A stretch of DNA of 64,000 nt from Guillardia theta CCMP2712 (lineage: Eukaryota; Protista; Cryptophyta), in assembly GCF_000315625.1 (NCBI RefSeq), contig NW_005434648.1, positions 62,001 to 126,000 on the forward strand. Reading direction: 5' to 3'. Within the stretch, counting starts at the first letter, position 1. Each line of letters starts with the position of its first letter. The translations under genes were made by a program, and so were the position numbers. Below the pieces are notes generated by a model, which was not told where the DNA came from, did no database searches, and saw only the letters and a program-made list of their open reading frames with translations. Of this stretch, positions 37,633 to 49,711 are shown one piece after another.

Positions 37633-40248
37633 TCAAAACACCATTACTTTTCCATAGACACTGGGACTCCTTCTCGGGGACATTTTCCCGTTGGTCTTGG
37701 TTATGGAGCCAAACCACGTTCCAACCTGAGCTAGCTCTGGAATGTCAAGGAACTGCAAACAAAGTTTTAATTCATCTGAACAACATCAATGCTCCCATTT
37801 CACCTCAATGCTGGCCGAAAGAGGGATATCTTCGTGGGGTTCAGCGTTTTCTTGCAGGTCCGGTATTTCCAAGGCAACATGTGCTTCCTTGAAGCTTGTC
37901 ATGGCTCCGTTCAACAAGAACAGATCACAAGACCTTGTTGTCTTTCGGAGCTTGAGTTTTCTTTGTTCTTTGATGAGGAGGCACACCCTGCCATCGCCGT
38001 GAACAAGAAATTATCTTCGGCTATTTCTTCTAGTCACCTTCGTCCCAGGAGAGATGTTGTCATTGCGCCACACTCCTTCATAGGTGTTTCCATCTGCCCA
38101 TACCAGTTTCCCGAACCCGTGACGAAGGTCATCGCACCACTCCCCTTCATACTTGTCCCCTGCAAGACTTCAACAGTCTCTCCAAGTGTCAAGACTCTCA
38201 CCGTTGGAATACACGCAAACCCCATGATTGTTACGCAAATCGTTCTCCCAGTCGCCCTCATAGCAGTCCCCGTCCGACCACGAGTATTTCCCGTAACCGT
38301 GTTTCTTGTCTTTGTGCCAATTTCCGCTGTATTCATCGCCAGGCAATACTTTCGGCTGCAAAGTTTTGTGTCACACAACTGTAGGATGTAGCGCAAAGCA
38401 TACAAGTGCGGCGTCAGGCATCAACACTTTCACAGGAGCAGTCGTGTATACACCCCACCTGTTCAATTTCATGTCATCTACCACAAACAATTTTCGAGAC
38501 GTACCCCTCGCGAAAATTTGCTACAAAGTTCCCAACAAACACGTCTTTGTTTGCATATTCGCATCTCCCTTCTCCTTGACGCATGTCGTTTTGCCACATC
38601 CCGTCATAGACGTCGCCTTGTATCTTTTCAATCGCAAGACATCAGACGGGGCTTTTACCGTTAACATATTTCATCGTCCCGCGCCCATGCCGTTTGTCAT
38701 TCAGCCATGCACCTTGCTGGAAACTCAACCAAGAGACTACCAGGGATGAGTCAATATCACCGTCATACAGTCCATCCTCGGCGTAAGAAAAGCGCCCGAT
38801 TCCGTTCATCACTCCCGCCTTCCACTCTCCTTCATATTCATCGCCGGACGCCCAGCGCATCCTGACATCAGATTGAGAAGGCACAACAATGCTTGACGTT
38901 TGCAGTGAGCAACCTTCCTTTTCCAGATTTCAAGTTTGATTTCATTTCTCCAACGTACATGTTGCCTTGAAAACTTTCACAGATCTAGATGCTTTCATTT
39001 CAATCCACGTATACCATTTATGTACTTGATTGTCCCTTCCCCCGACATTTCGTCCTGAAACCAGTATCCTTCGTACATGTCCCCGTTGTTCCATATAAAT
39101 TTTCCTGGAGGTTTAGAATCATAAACAGCAGTACAGCTCTTTTGATAGATCCAAATCTCCACACCGAATCCTTCTTTGTTGTCAGCAACGAAGTTCCCTG
39201 TGTATGAGTTCCCATTGTGGTACTTGAAATCTCCGTAACCCCACCTGCAACACAGCGTCAGAGAGCAGACAAAAGCTGCTCCAGCGGGAGACATCTTGTT
39301 GTCTTTCCAATCGCCCCTGTATTGATCGTTGTTTGCCCAGGTCAAGGTCCCGTACCCACACTTGCGATCTGGCGAGGGTCAGTCCCTCAGCCGAGAAGTG
39401 ACCGGCAGCACCTTTGTTCCAGGATCCGATGTACACGTTTCCGTTGTGATACTCGAACCTGCCCATTCCATGTCGCTCTCCGGACTGAAACTCACCAACG
39501 TACTGCAGCAAACAGCTCAAGGAGAGTATCGGAGCTCAACACGAATGAGCACCTGACCCGACGGGTAGCTCAAAGATCGAAACTCCCTGCCGTTGCGAGA
39601 GATGACTGAGTTTGACGGCTCCAAGGGTGTCTGAAACAGAACCAGCCGTCACGCTCCTTGCTCCAGGCATCTAGGGCCTCTGGAGCACTGACCCCTCTTG
39701 TACATGTTGTGGTCATACCTGCTTCAGGTTGCCACTGTTCTCATACTCTTGGGTTTGTTCCTTGTCGATGTTGCTCTGCTCTTGTCTGGTGGTTGCCAAA
39801 GTCAACGACTGAGTCGAGCATGAAGGCTCGAAGACACCTCACATCACCATCACCATGCATGTCCTCGAGAGCTCCACGCACAAGGGCGGCGATCCATTCC
39901 TCTCTCTCTGCCACAGAGTTGCACTGCAACAAAAGCTTCTTTCCATCCTAGTGAGAGCTATGTAAGCTCAGCTCTCTTATACAAATAGTCACAGACCTTG
40001 CAATTGACCGAGAAGGATTTGTCATCAGTCTCTTTCACAGCGCTCACAGTTTCGAACTGTGAAGCATTACTAAAGTTGTTGGCCATGGATTGCAAGACAA
40101 TTTTTTTTCATGAGGTTACCTGTTTGCACTTATTCTTGCTCGGTACATGCTTGATCGTGATAAATCCATCCCAAACAATAACAAAACGAGTTTGCCATCG
40201 AGAAAGAAACCCGCTGGACTTCTTTTGAAGCCAACCAGATTTCTGCAT
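37633..40248 (-). CDS. PH domain + MORN-repeat protein, multi-exon
   Basis: N-terminal MQKSGWLQKKSSGFLSRWQTRFVIV ... LLLQCNSVAEREEWIAAL (PH domain), followed by many YxGxW/FxxxxxxGxG MORN repeats (YVGEFQSGERHGMG, YEGYWFQDEMSGEG, YEGEWKAGVMNGIG, YSGNWHKDKKHGYG). Confidence 0.88.
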
Positions 40249-40611
40249 CTCAACGACCTCGAATTGAAGACATTTTCCATTTCATGGTGGCAAGCTGAGC
40301 CTACTAAGGTCCCGTCCCCATGTGCACCTCCCCTCCTCTCTTCTCATCTCCTCGTCCTCTCCTCTCTCCTCTCCTCCCTCTCATGGCATGTTCGTCCACA
40401 GCAATCTCGTCGTTATGCACACCGGTAGAACCAAAACCGACCGGCACCCCACCCCCTCCTCATTTGCATCCTTTGAAGTACGGTACTCAGAAGGACCCCC
40501 TGTACCCCCACCCCAGTGATGAGGTTCGATCCCCTGGCGTTTGAAATTTTGTTGCCCGAGCCTCCTTTCACCATGCTGAAAACGCGTGAGGGAAGAGGAG
40601 ACGAAAGCAAG

Positions 40612-40895
40612 AGAAGTGAGGAGAGGAGAGGAGAGGAGAGGAGAGGAGAGGAGAGGAGAGTAAAGGGGAGGGGAGGAGAGGAGAGAGGAGGAGAGTAAAG
40701 GAGAGGAGAGGAGAGGGGAGGGGAGGAGAATACAGGAGAATGCAGGAGAGGAGAGGAGAGGAGAGGAGAGTAAAGGGGAAGAAAGGAGAGGGGAGGAGAG
40801 GGGAGGGGAGGGGAGGAGAGAGGAGGAGAGGAGAGGAGAGGAGAGGGGAGGGGAGGGGAGGGGAGGAGAGAAGAGAGAGAGGAGAGGAGAGGGGA
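40612..40895. repeat. (GAGAG/GGGGA)n purine pentamer microsatellite
   Basis: Seen directly; a similar tract lies in an intron at 32500-32620. Confidence 0.9.
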
Positions 40896-41199
40896 TTAGA
40901 GATAGAGAGGGTGAGAACAGGGAGGATGTAGGACACGGGATAGAGATTAGCAAGGAAGGGAGAAAATCACCCGATTGGAATGTTAGGCGATAATCTTACT
41001 CGAATGTCTACTCACTGTGAGCGTGAAACGAATTCAATGTGCTAGGGCAAGTTTGTTTCGGATGTTAACTTATTTCATTGATGTCGCCCACTTGGTCGTT
41101 TTCTTATCATCCCGAACTAAACCCTAGACCGATCGCTGCTTACTCCCTTTCCCTTCTACCTCATTATGTACACCGACCCTTTCAGCATTCTGGTTCCTC

Positions 41200-43147
41200 T
41201 GCAATTCAAACATCAGAGGAACGCAAGAATGCAGTTGGTTGCTGACCGCTTGCAGTGCGAGACTCGCCTGAAGAGTAGAACTCAAAATGAACCGAGGATG
41301 TTGTAGTCATAAAGATGTCAATGCATTCCATCCCTCTATTCGCACCTGCATTTTTCCTTCTTCACTTGGCACCATTCTGCGCTCGAAGAAGGCTCCGACA
41401 TTGTAATATAAACTGAGCTCCCCTCTTCCTCCCACCTCTTCCACCTGCGAATCCTTAAATTGCAAACCCTCCAACAGTGTTGTGGACCGAGAAGATGTAA
41501 TCTGTGAATGCTTCTTGCTGCATCAATGCAGATTCAGGAGGATCTATCGTGACCTGTTATGCTTGTCACTGTACAAGCCCAAGGAAGCTTCGAATGATTC
41601 TTTCCTTATCGTAAGTTGTGACGAGATTGTACATAACGCAAGAAAGTCTCCATCCTCTCTTGGCCCAAGCCTGCTTCTCTTGTAAGAAGATGAGCGTCAG
41701 AGTCAAATGCCAGGACCTTGACTATTCTTATCAACGCCCCGCTAATTACACTGCCAGTTCCTCTCAACTCTACAAGCTCCAGCTGCGAGAATGGATCAAT
41801 CTCGTCTGAGATCAAGAAGACTTGGGATGATGACCTGCATACGCGAGGCGGAACTCTCTTGGGAAAATACAAGATGCGAGAACGGGGAGACGACAACTAG
41901 AATGCAGCATATCAGCAGCATGCGGATAGTGAAAGGTAGTAACTTCACCCACCATCGGGATACATGGCGTAACTCAGAACGAAATCCTGAACCTGGGCCC
42001 GACTATGCATAAAGGCAGTCACAGGCACATGATCGATTGAATTCTCGTCTGTCTCACCCTCTCAGCGCTGCCCGAAATCTCCATCCGCTCCTAGCCTTGT
42101 CCCTTGCAAGACTCAATACCTGTGAAGTCCAATCAATCTCGCGGTTCGAACTTAGTCTCTTCATACATCCTCGAAGTCCACTCCTGCTCGAATCAAGGTT
42201 GAGCTTGAGTTCGTCACAGTACAATACAAAGAGTGAATAGACCTGAATCGTTCGGAAGAGGCTCAAGGAGGACGTTTGAGTCAGTTTTCCCCATGACCTG
42301 CATTCAAGTCCTTGAGGCCGTGAAAATCAGCACGAATGCACAAACCTCGTACGTGGCGAGTCCGAATGTGTTGGAAATGAATAAATATCCCTTGTGAAAG
42401 GAAAGACCATCGGGATCATGAGGATTGACAGAAAGACGGAACGATACCTTTGTCGCCTCAGCCTGGATGTCTCGTACCAACATCTCTTCGTCAACCTGAC
42501 CCCAAGATCGCGTCAAACAGAACATCGTTGTCAAGGACATACCGTGATCCGATGCGTTACATAGGGATTACATCCGGTCGCAATGGGTGTCTCCACTATC
42601 AGGTATCTGCGCCTGTCTCATTTTCTGCAGCCACGTCACTTCGAGGTACCGGTCTTCTCCGACTATAGGGGCATCATATTCTCCGAGTCTCTGGCTGAGC
42701 TGATGGCTCAGTGCCTATGTCATCCTATCAGCCTATGAATTCGAGGCGAGCTGAGTAGAATCGAACTTCAAGGAGCGAGTCTTGACTCGCCGAGTACCCT
42801 TGGAGGTTGGCTTCAGCACTGTCCGGAAACCTGTCAACATCATTCGGAAAGATCCATGAATTAGATCGCATGCTTCACATGCTCTCGCTCGAGTCCATAG
42901 CAGGCAGATGATTGCTTCCCAGTAAATCCGCACTCCGGGCCTCAATCTTGCTCTGCGTCTTCAACTTCTCCATGTCCACGTCCTCGACCTTCTCCAACCT
43001 ACATGCGCCGTGAGCCCTCGAGGAAGCATGGAACAGCAGCTGCCTGTAGGTGAAGCGGGGCTGCATGGCCGGGCCTGTGGGCATGAAGTGGTCTATGATC
43101 CTCCTCCTCTCCTCGATGTTGGACTTCTTCGACGTGCAGCAGCCCAT
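41200..43147 (-). CDS. Hypothetical multi-exon protein with an MGCC N-terminus (possible myristoylation/palmitoylation)
   Basis: Starts MGCCTSKK. Exon-like segments with short introns run to ~41200. No domain recognised. Confidence 0.5.
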
Positions 43148-43340
43148 TGTGCATTCCAAGCGCACTGTGCGTAACGAGCTCGCCTCAGTATTTGTTCCTA
43201 GTGAGATTAAAGACAGAAAGTGAATTGCGATTTAGACTAGCACAAACGGAAGGGCAGCAAATCCAGTAACGTCAGTAACGGACTATGCGGTTGGGAGATT
43301 GATGAGCCCACATGCTGCAGAGCGATGAGAGTGGAGAAGC

Positions 43341-43520
43341 GGAGGGGAGAGAAGAACGAAGAGGAGGGGAGAGAAGAACCAAGAGGAGGGGAGAGAAGAA
43401 CCAAGAGGAGGGGAGAGAAGAACGAAGAGGAGGGGAGAGAAGAACGAAGAGGAGGGGAGAGAAGAACGAAGAGGAGGGGAGAGAAGAACGAAGAGGAGGG
43501 GAGAGAAGAACGAAGAGGAG
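43341..43520. repeat. 22-bp tandem repeat, about 8 copies (GGAGGGGAGAGAAGAACGAAGA)
   Basis: Seen directly, between divergent genes. Confidence 0.92.
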
Positions 43521-43839
43521 CAGAGAAGATTGAGCTGTCCGCTATCCCGAAGGAGGCTGAGAAGCCCATCTGATGGTCAGGTCGAAGGTCAACCAGACAT
43601 AAGGAAGCATGAGGCAGCACAATACTACGGTTTACAGAGGGTTCAGCTCATTCAGAAATTCGATTGCAAACATAAAGGTCAAGGAGGGAAAAGAGGTTCA
43701 TGATAGCAGTCAGAGGATCATAACAAGATGATATTGATGAAGGAGGTTTGTCGACATGAAGAAGATGAGAAAGTGTTACGGAACAAGCTGTTATCTGTGA
43801 TTCATGCTAAGGTTGATCTGGTACCACAGTGATAGAGCG

Positions 43840-45374
43840 ATGAAGCTTCCTCCACCTCCCCAGCCATCAGCTAGTAAAGTGGCACCTTCGAAAGACTTGG
43901 ATGAAATTGAGGAGGTCGAGGACGACAACAGCTCAGAAGCGTCAAGGTTTTTCAGCTTTCTTTATGCATGTAATTCTCAACGATTCACAGTGAAAACGAA
44001 AAACTGGCCAAGACTTCAAAGAAAGACCAAGATGAAGTTCAGCCGCGCGAGAGGTCGCTCTCCTTCGATGACCTCTATCAGCTTGCACCGCTTCAGGTAC
44101 TGTAAAGCAATCATTGTATGCCTGGCAGAGCATGAGCATGGTGCAAGGATGGGCTCTCTCTTCAATCTGCCTTTGCCTTCGAGCCACTGGAAGGGGATGA
44201 AACTAAGGGTTTGAAAGATTGCTGTTCCTTTCAGGCCCCTGATGCATCCCCTCAGCATTTCGGAGATCAGCTTCTCTTGATGGAATCTATGCACTTGCAG
44301 AAGCCATGATTCGAGAATCTGAAGACCGATCTCAGGTATTTTGTTTTGTTGCCAAGCTTCATGCTATAGATCATGTTTCTCATTCGAACGCAGGACGATG
44401 ATGACGTATCAGAAGAAACAGCAACAGTCATGTCTGTCCCAGCTGGTGGCGGTAAGGGGCTTCCGAGGCATAACACGATCAGATCCTTGATTGGTGTTCC
44501 AAGGTGGGAAATCCACTACACCGAGGACCGCGATCTCTCTGGAGGATTATGGGCCTCGTAAATCTTCACGGAGAAGACGGGAACGAGGTTCAAACTTCTT
44601 GCGTATAAGACTTTTGCTGACACAGATGGGTGAAGAGTATGAGATCGAGTCAGTCAGTACTGCTGAAGAGGATGATTCTCCTGCTGAAAGATTATTCGGC
44701 AAAGAAAGGTCTCTTAGAATTTCGTGTTGTTCTCATGTAACTCTTGACGGAAGGGCCAATGAGCTGCGAAAGAGAATCACCAAGAGCAAGAAAGTTTCAC
44801 CCCAGGTACTCCTCTCCGGTCCGATATGTTTGTTTCTACGAGCCTCATTCCTTCGCAGGCAGCGCGAGAGGCATTAGATGCAGCAACTGCCGGTACAACA
44901 TTCGGTTCATTCATCGGGAAGTTCTCATCCCTTCTTTTCTATTAGCCATGCTTGGATCTGATTCAACAGAAACGATTGAGTTTGTCACATGGTTCAGGTG
45001 GCCTGCATTTTGTTTATTGGACAATTCAAGTTGATGTTGTGCTGCAGTGTTTGGATCCTGATAATCTTTTGGCTGCTCTTCTACTCCTCATACGGCCCAA
45101 CTCTCTGGCGGTGAATCAAGTTGTCCTGTGCTTGTTGTTGCTGACCTGTGCTCGATAGATTTCTTTACGGACCCATGGGTCTTGTTCTTGTGTTGCCCTT
45201 CGGGTTCGGTCTTCTGTTCTGGCTCGTCACTTACGTCTTCACCGAAGAAGAGGATTGAAGCTTGTTCTGCTTTTCAATCCCGTCTGACATAGACATATTA
45301 CCTTAACGCTCTTTCAGAGCGGAAACATGACATCGAAACTAACCAACATTCCAGTAAGAATTTCAGAACTCTAG
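43840..45374 (+). CDS. Hypothetical multi-exon protein with an acidic N-terminus and C-terminal transmembrane segments
   Basis: Begins MKLPPPPQPSASKVAP; late hydrophobic exons such as FLYGPMGLVLVLPFGFGLLFWLVTYVF. Confidence 0.45.
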
Positions 45375-45479
45375 TGAGTTCAAGAAAGCTTTTCGGTTGA
45401 GAAATGAAATTGTAGAGTACAAAGATCGTGTGTGATTCTGGTCACCAGAAACTCATCCAAAATGCTTTTCGATATCATG

Positions 45480-46085
45480 CAGCTCTGTCTCAGCCAGTCT
45501 TTGAGATTTTTGTATCTTTAAAATGGAGTGAAGCTTGTTCATTGTGCTGGATTGCTTGGGTTTTGACAAATGAACTTTTCCTGCAGACTTAGAAGAAACG
45601 AAAGCTTTCGATCTGAGCTTCTGTGCCACTCCTGCAAAGGAAAAGCATCATTCCAGATCAACAGTCACCAACAAGCAAGTACCTTGCTGCAAAAGCTGCT
45701 CTTTCCTGGCCTTGTCCATCAATCGTCGAACGTCCATGGCAGAGACCGTCTTTACAAGGGGGTCGAGAGGTTTGAGCTCAAGTGGGATATGATTCATCTC
45801 TTGCTCTCTCCGCAGGACTGCTCGAGATGCGATACGCGCAGCAGCAGCAGCCTTCAACGCTGAGCTCAAGGAAGGCGCGGCCCGCGTTTTCCGTGAGGTA
45901 GAAACAAGAAGCTGTATGGCTGAGGGTAGATCGGGAGAAAACGACGAGCACAATACGAGAGTTGCGCTCAAGCACAAGAGCAAAGCGCCACTACATGCGG
46001 CCATTCCACGTCTCATCACCTTGTCGCCTTGTCGCTCTGCCTCCTCGCCCCCTCCATGACCCTCCAACATTCTTCTCCCGCCCAT
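45480..46085 (-). CDS. Small hypothetical protein with a signal anchor
   Basis: ORF 45648-46109 with hydrophobic ACSGALLLCLSATLVLC; divergent from rsmB. Confidence 0.45.
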
Positions 46086-46205
46086 GACTGACTCTATTCC
46101 TGGCGGCAAAGACCGTTACTGTCTTACTCGGATCCAAAACGGTTAGGTATCCGTGGATATCCGTGAGTATCCGTGAGATTTCGGGGGCCACGGGCATCGA
46201 CGGCG

Positions 46206-48071
46206 ATGCTGCGGACCAGGCGGAGCATGACGAGTGTAAGCCTGATGCTAATGGCGTCCTGCTGCCTCGACTCTCTCTGTCTGCCTCCTCCCTCCTTCAT
46301 CTCCTCCCCTCTCAAGAGCCCCCTCCTCTCGTCTCCCAGCAAGTCCTGCCGCTGCCCCGCTACATTTCTACGCAAGAACCCAGGGACGGGTGGGAATCTC
46401 CTTGGAAGCAGGAGAGGAGGTCGGAGCGCTATGCACGAACCTCTGCGGGCTGTCATGACTGATGAAGCTGATGACTTCATCTATGGCGAGCTTGAGGCTT
46501 CTGAGCCTTCTGAGAGGAAGAGGGTGAAGAACATCACAGCTCACATCAGCGGGGCAGGGACCCCCCGTCAGATCGCCTTCGATCTTCTGCTGAAGCGGGA
46601 GGTTGGAGGCTCCAACACTTTCATCGAGAACATTCTCAATGACGTTGTGTCAGAGTCGCTGCTGTCCAGCTCTGATCGGGGCTTCTGCAAGGAGCTCATC
46701 TACGGATGCATCAGGTGGAAGGCACTGCTGGACCACTTGGTTGCGAGAAGACAAGACGGCAAGAAGAGACAGAAAGCGGCAGTGCAAGTGATTCTGAGGA
46801 TGGGGCTCTACCAGCTCTTCTTCATGGACAGAGTCCCCTCTCACGCTCTTGTCTCTGAGTGTGTGAACCTTGCCAAGAGTCGGGGCGCCGCAGGGGCAGC
46901 AGGGTTTGTCAATGCGTTCCTCCGGCAGTACGTGCGGGAGCAGGCGGAGACACAGGAGCTCATCGCAGAGTTGCAGGAGAACAAGCTTCACATCGGATGG
47001 TCTCACCCGGACTGGCTCGTCAACGAGTGGGTGAAGCGATACGGCAAGGAGGGAGCACAGCGGCTGCTTTCTTGGAACAACAGCCCAGCTCCCATCTTTG
47101 CCAGGATCAACCGACTGAAGTCCACCGGCCCGACAGTCCGCAAGTTGTGGGAGCATGAGCCCATCACTTTCCGAGACGTGCAGGTTGACTGGTGCGACAG
47201 TGAAGACTTGGCTGAGATCAAGGTCAGCGCGCCCGTTCACTCTCTTGACAGTTTCAAGCGCGGCCTCTTCTACGTGCAGGATCCATCGACCCTGCTGTCA
47301 GTGAAGGTGCTTGATCCTCAGCCTGGAGAGAGCATCCTCGATCTCTGCTCAGCGCCCGGAGGGAAGTCTTGCTACATCGCGCAGAGGATGGAGGACAAGG
47401 GCAAGTTGATCGCCTCGGACATCGACGAGTTGAGGTTGAACGTGGTGCGAGAAAACAGCGAGAGGCTCGGCATCACCTGCCTTGAGGTGTGTTTGCCAGA
47501 GGCTCAATCCTCACACATCTTCTTGCTGCTTCTTCCCTGTCCCCACCGTTGTCGCTGATCTTTCTCACTGACTGCCCGTTCAGACCCAACCCGCCTCGGC
47601 CATTGATCATATTCTAGCTGGAGAACAGCCGATGACGTTCGACCGGATTCTGATCGACGCGCCATGCTCGAACTCGGGGGTGATCCGGCGAAGGATCGAC
47701 GTGCGATGGCGAATCTCAAAAGCTGAGATTGCACAGCTGCATGAAACTCAGTTCGGACTTCTGATGAAGGTGTCTGAGCCCCTTGAAGTTTGCCTGCTCT
47801 TGTCGCTCACAGGATCTTTGTGACAGGCCGCCAAGGCAGTGAAGAAGGGAGGGATTATAGTGTACAGCACGTGCAGCCTCGAGCCGGAGGAGAACGAGCA
47901 CGTGATCCGACGTTTCCTCAAGAGAAGCGAGACGCGGTGACGACGTGAGTTCAGCGCGCACGGGAATGACAGGCATGCAGGTTCGACTTGGAGTTCTCGC
48001 GGCAGCTTTCACCCATTACCGACTCAACTGACGGAGCATATGTGGCGAAGTTGAGGCGCTGCCAAGACTGA
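46206..48071 (+). CDS. rsmB: RsmB/Sun 16S rRNA m5C methyltransferase (NusB-like + SAM domain) with an N-terminal extension, probably organelle-targeted
   Basis: [97 protein letters not shown]. Confidence 0.93.
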
Positions 48072-48129
48072 GAGAGAGTGGAGGGAACAACACGGTAGTT
48101 GCAAACATGTATAATACAGACATCACATG

Positions 48130-49579
48130 CTATGGTGTTAGCTGCTCTCCTTCCTTTCCGTCCAAGGCTCCATAGAGGAGCATGTAGGCAGTGAAGGAAT
48201 CCCTCGATCGCTCCATCTGGCACGGCAAGGGGAACGAGTCAGCTGGGACCGGAGCAGGGCGAGACCTTACGGGCTGAAGGAACTTCTGGACGTGCAGGCC
48301 GCACAGTGCGCTGACGTTGGAGTCGTCAAAGTGATTCCAACCTGAGCTTGACCTGGGCACTCTCAACCCACCAACTGAGGATGCTGACTCCAGCTCTCAC
48401 CTACAGATCACCGTGTAATGGCCCAGGGCTTCTGATAAGTGACTGCGCAGTATCACCGCCAGCAGCTCGTAGCGCCTCGTAGGGTCCTGTCGCTCGCTGC
48501 CTCGAGGTCAGGATCCTGCCAGCGGAGGCAGCGGACGGTACCTGCCGATCAGGACCTCGTGAGACAGTGTTGTCTGGATGTTGGTGGCGAGACCCGGCTG
48601 GGTGAGGTGGATCATGAGGTATGGCGGGTAAGGCGGAGAGAAGCTGGTCCATCGAGCAGCCTCGACCATGGTGTTGCAGCGAGGACAGGCGTACTTGTCG
48701 GCTCCTCCTAACACTTCGACCTGCGTGAAGTTTGGGAAGGTCAAGAGAACGCGGGCCGAGGTAGGGGAAGAGGAAGGAGGGAGGAGGTAAAGAGTAGTCG
48801 AGGAGGGTCAAGGGCACGCACTGATGATCGACTGTACAAAAGAAAGTTGATGGAGGCGCTGTCTTCAACCTTGAGAGATAGGCTGCATGCTACAGGTGGG
48901 ACGACATAAGTCCCTCGCGCGTCAGTCAACCACTTCCTCACCTTCCTCCTGTTGGGCGGACACCAGCTCGCATTCTTGGCAGCGTGTAGAGTGGACTGAC
49001 ACAGCCCGAAACAAGTTCCTAGCACAACATGAGCCAAATCCCGTGCAGAGCTGGAAACGACTTAGCACTCTGAGGGAGATCGTCCAGAAAGTGAAGGAAG
49101 AGCTCGTGGGCGTCTTGCTGAGCGCCGCCAGAAATTCCGTACTCCTGCACGGGCCGAGTCATCCTCCTCTCCTCTCCTGCAGGCCTTCTTCCAACCGTCT
49201 GCAGGGAAGCGAGCACTTGCGTCGGCGCCATCGCCGTTGCTGCCTGCAGGGGCATCAGGTGGGGCCTGCAGCCTGGCAAGAAGCCCGTGACCTCATCCAT
49301 GTCGCGCAGCTGCTGCTGGAGCGCGAGGAGGACGGAGGATTTCATGTCCTCGGGGCTCATGCCGAGAAGAAGTCGGCGCAGAGGGCGGACATGGCGCAGC
49401 ATCTGCACGATCACGTTCACGTAGCATGTGTTTCCCGCGTTCAGCAGCCCGATGGGCGGGAGGGTCTCGCGGGCAGCGAAGGAGCAGCATGCAGGAGTCG
49501 CTTCGGAAGCTTGCCTCTTCTCGTCCCTGCAGGGCTTCTCCTCTCCTCTCCTCTTCAGCCGCAGCCTCCCCCCGCTCAT
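48130..49579 (-). CDS. Ubiquitin-specific protease (peptidase C19), multi-exon
   Basis: Cys box GLLNAGNTCYVNVIVQML, QQDAHELF, two CxxC pairs (CTRC, CPRC), His box YELLAVI..GHYT, WNHFDDSNV, AYMLLY. Confidence 0.92.
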
Positions 49580-49711
49580 CCGATCCTCGCCATCGGCTCC
49601 CCCGCCCCTGCCCCGCCCCCCGACTTGCCCCACATGTTTTATTTGGGACTGAGGCAAATAGTCGCATCGGGGAGCTGGGAGGAGAAGAGAAGCAGGAGGG
49701 GGAAAGGGAGG

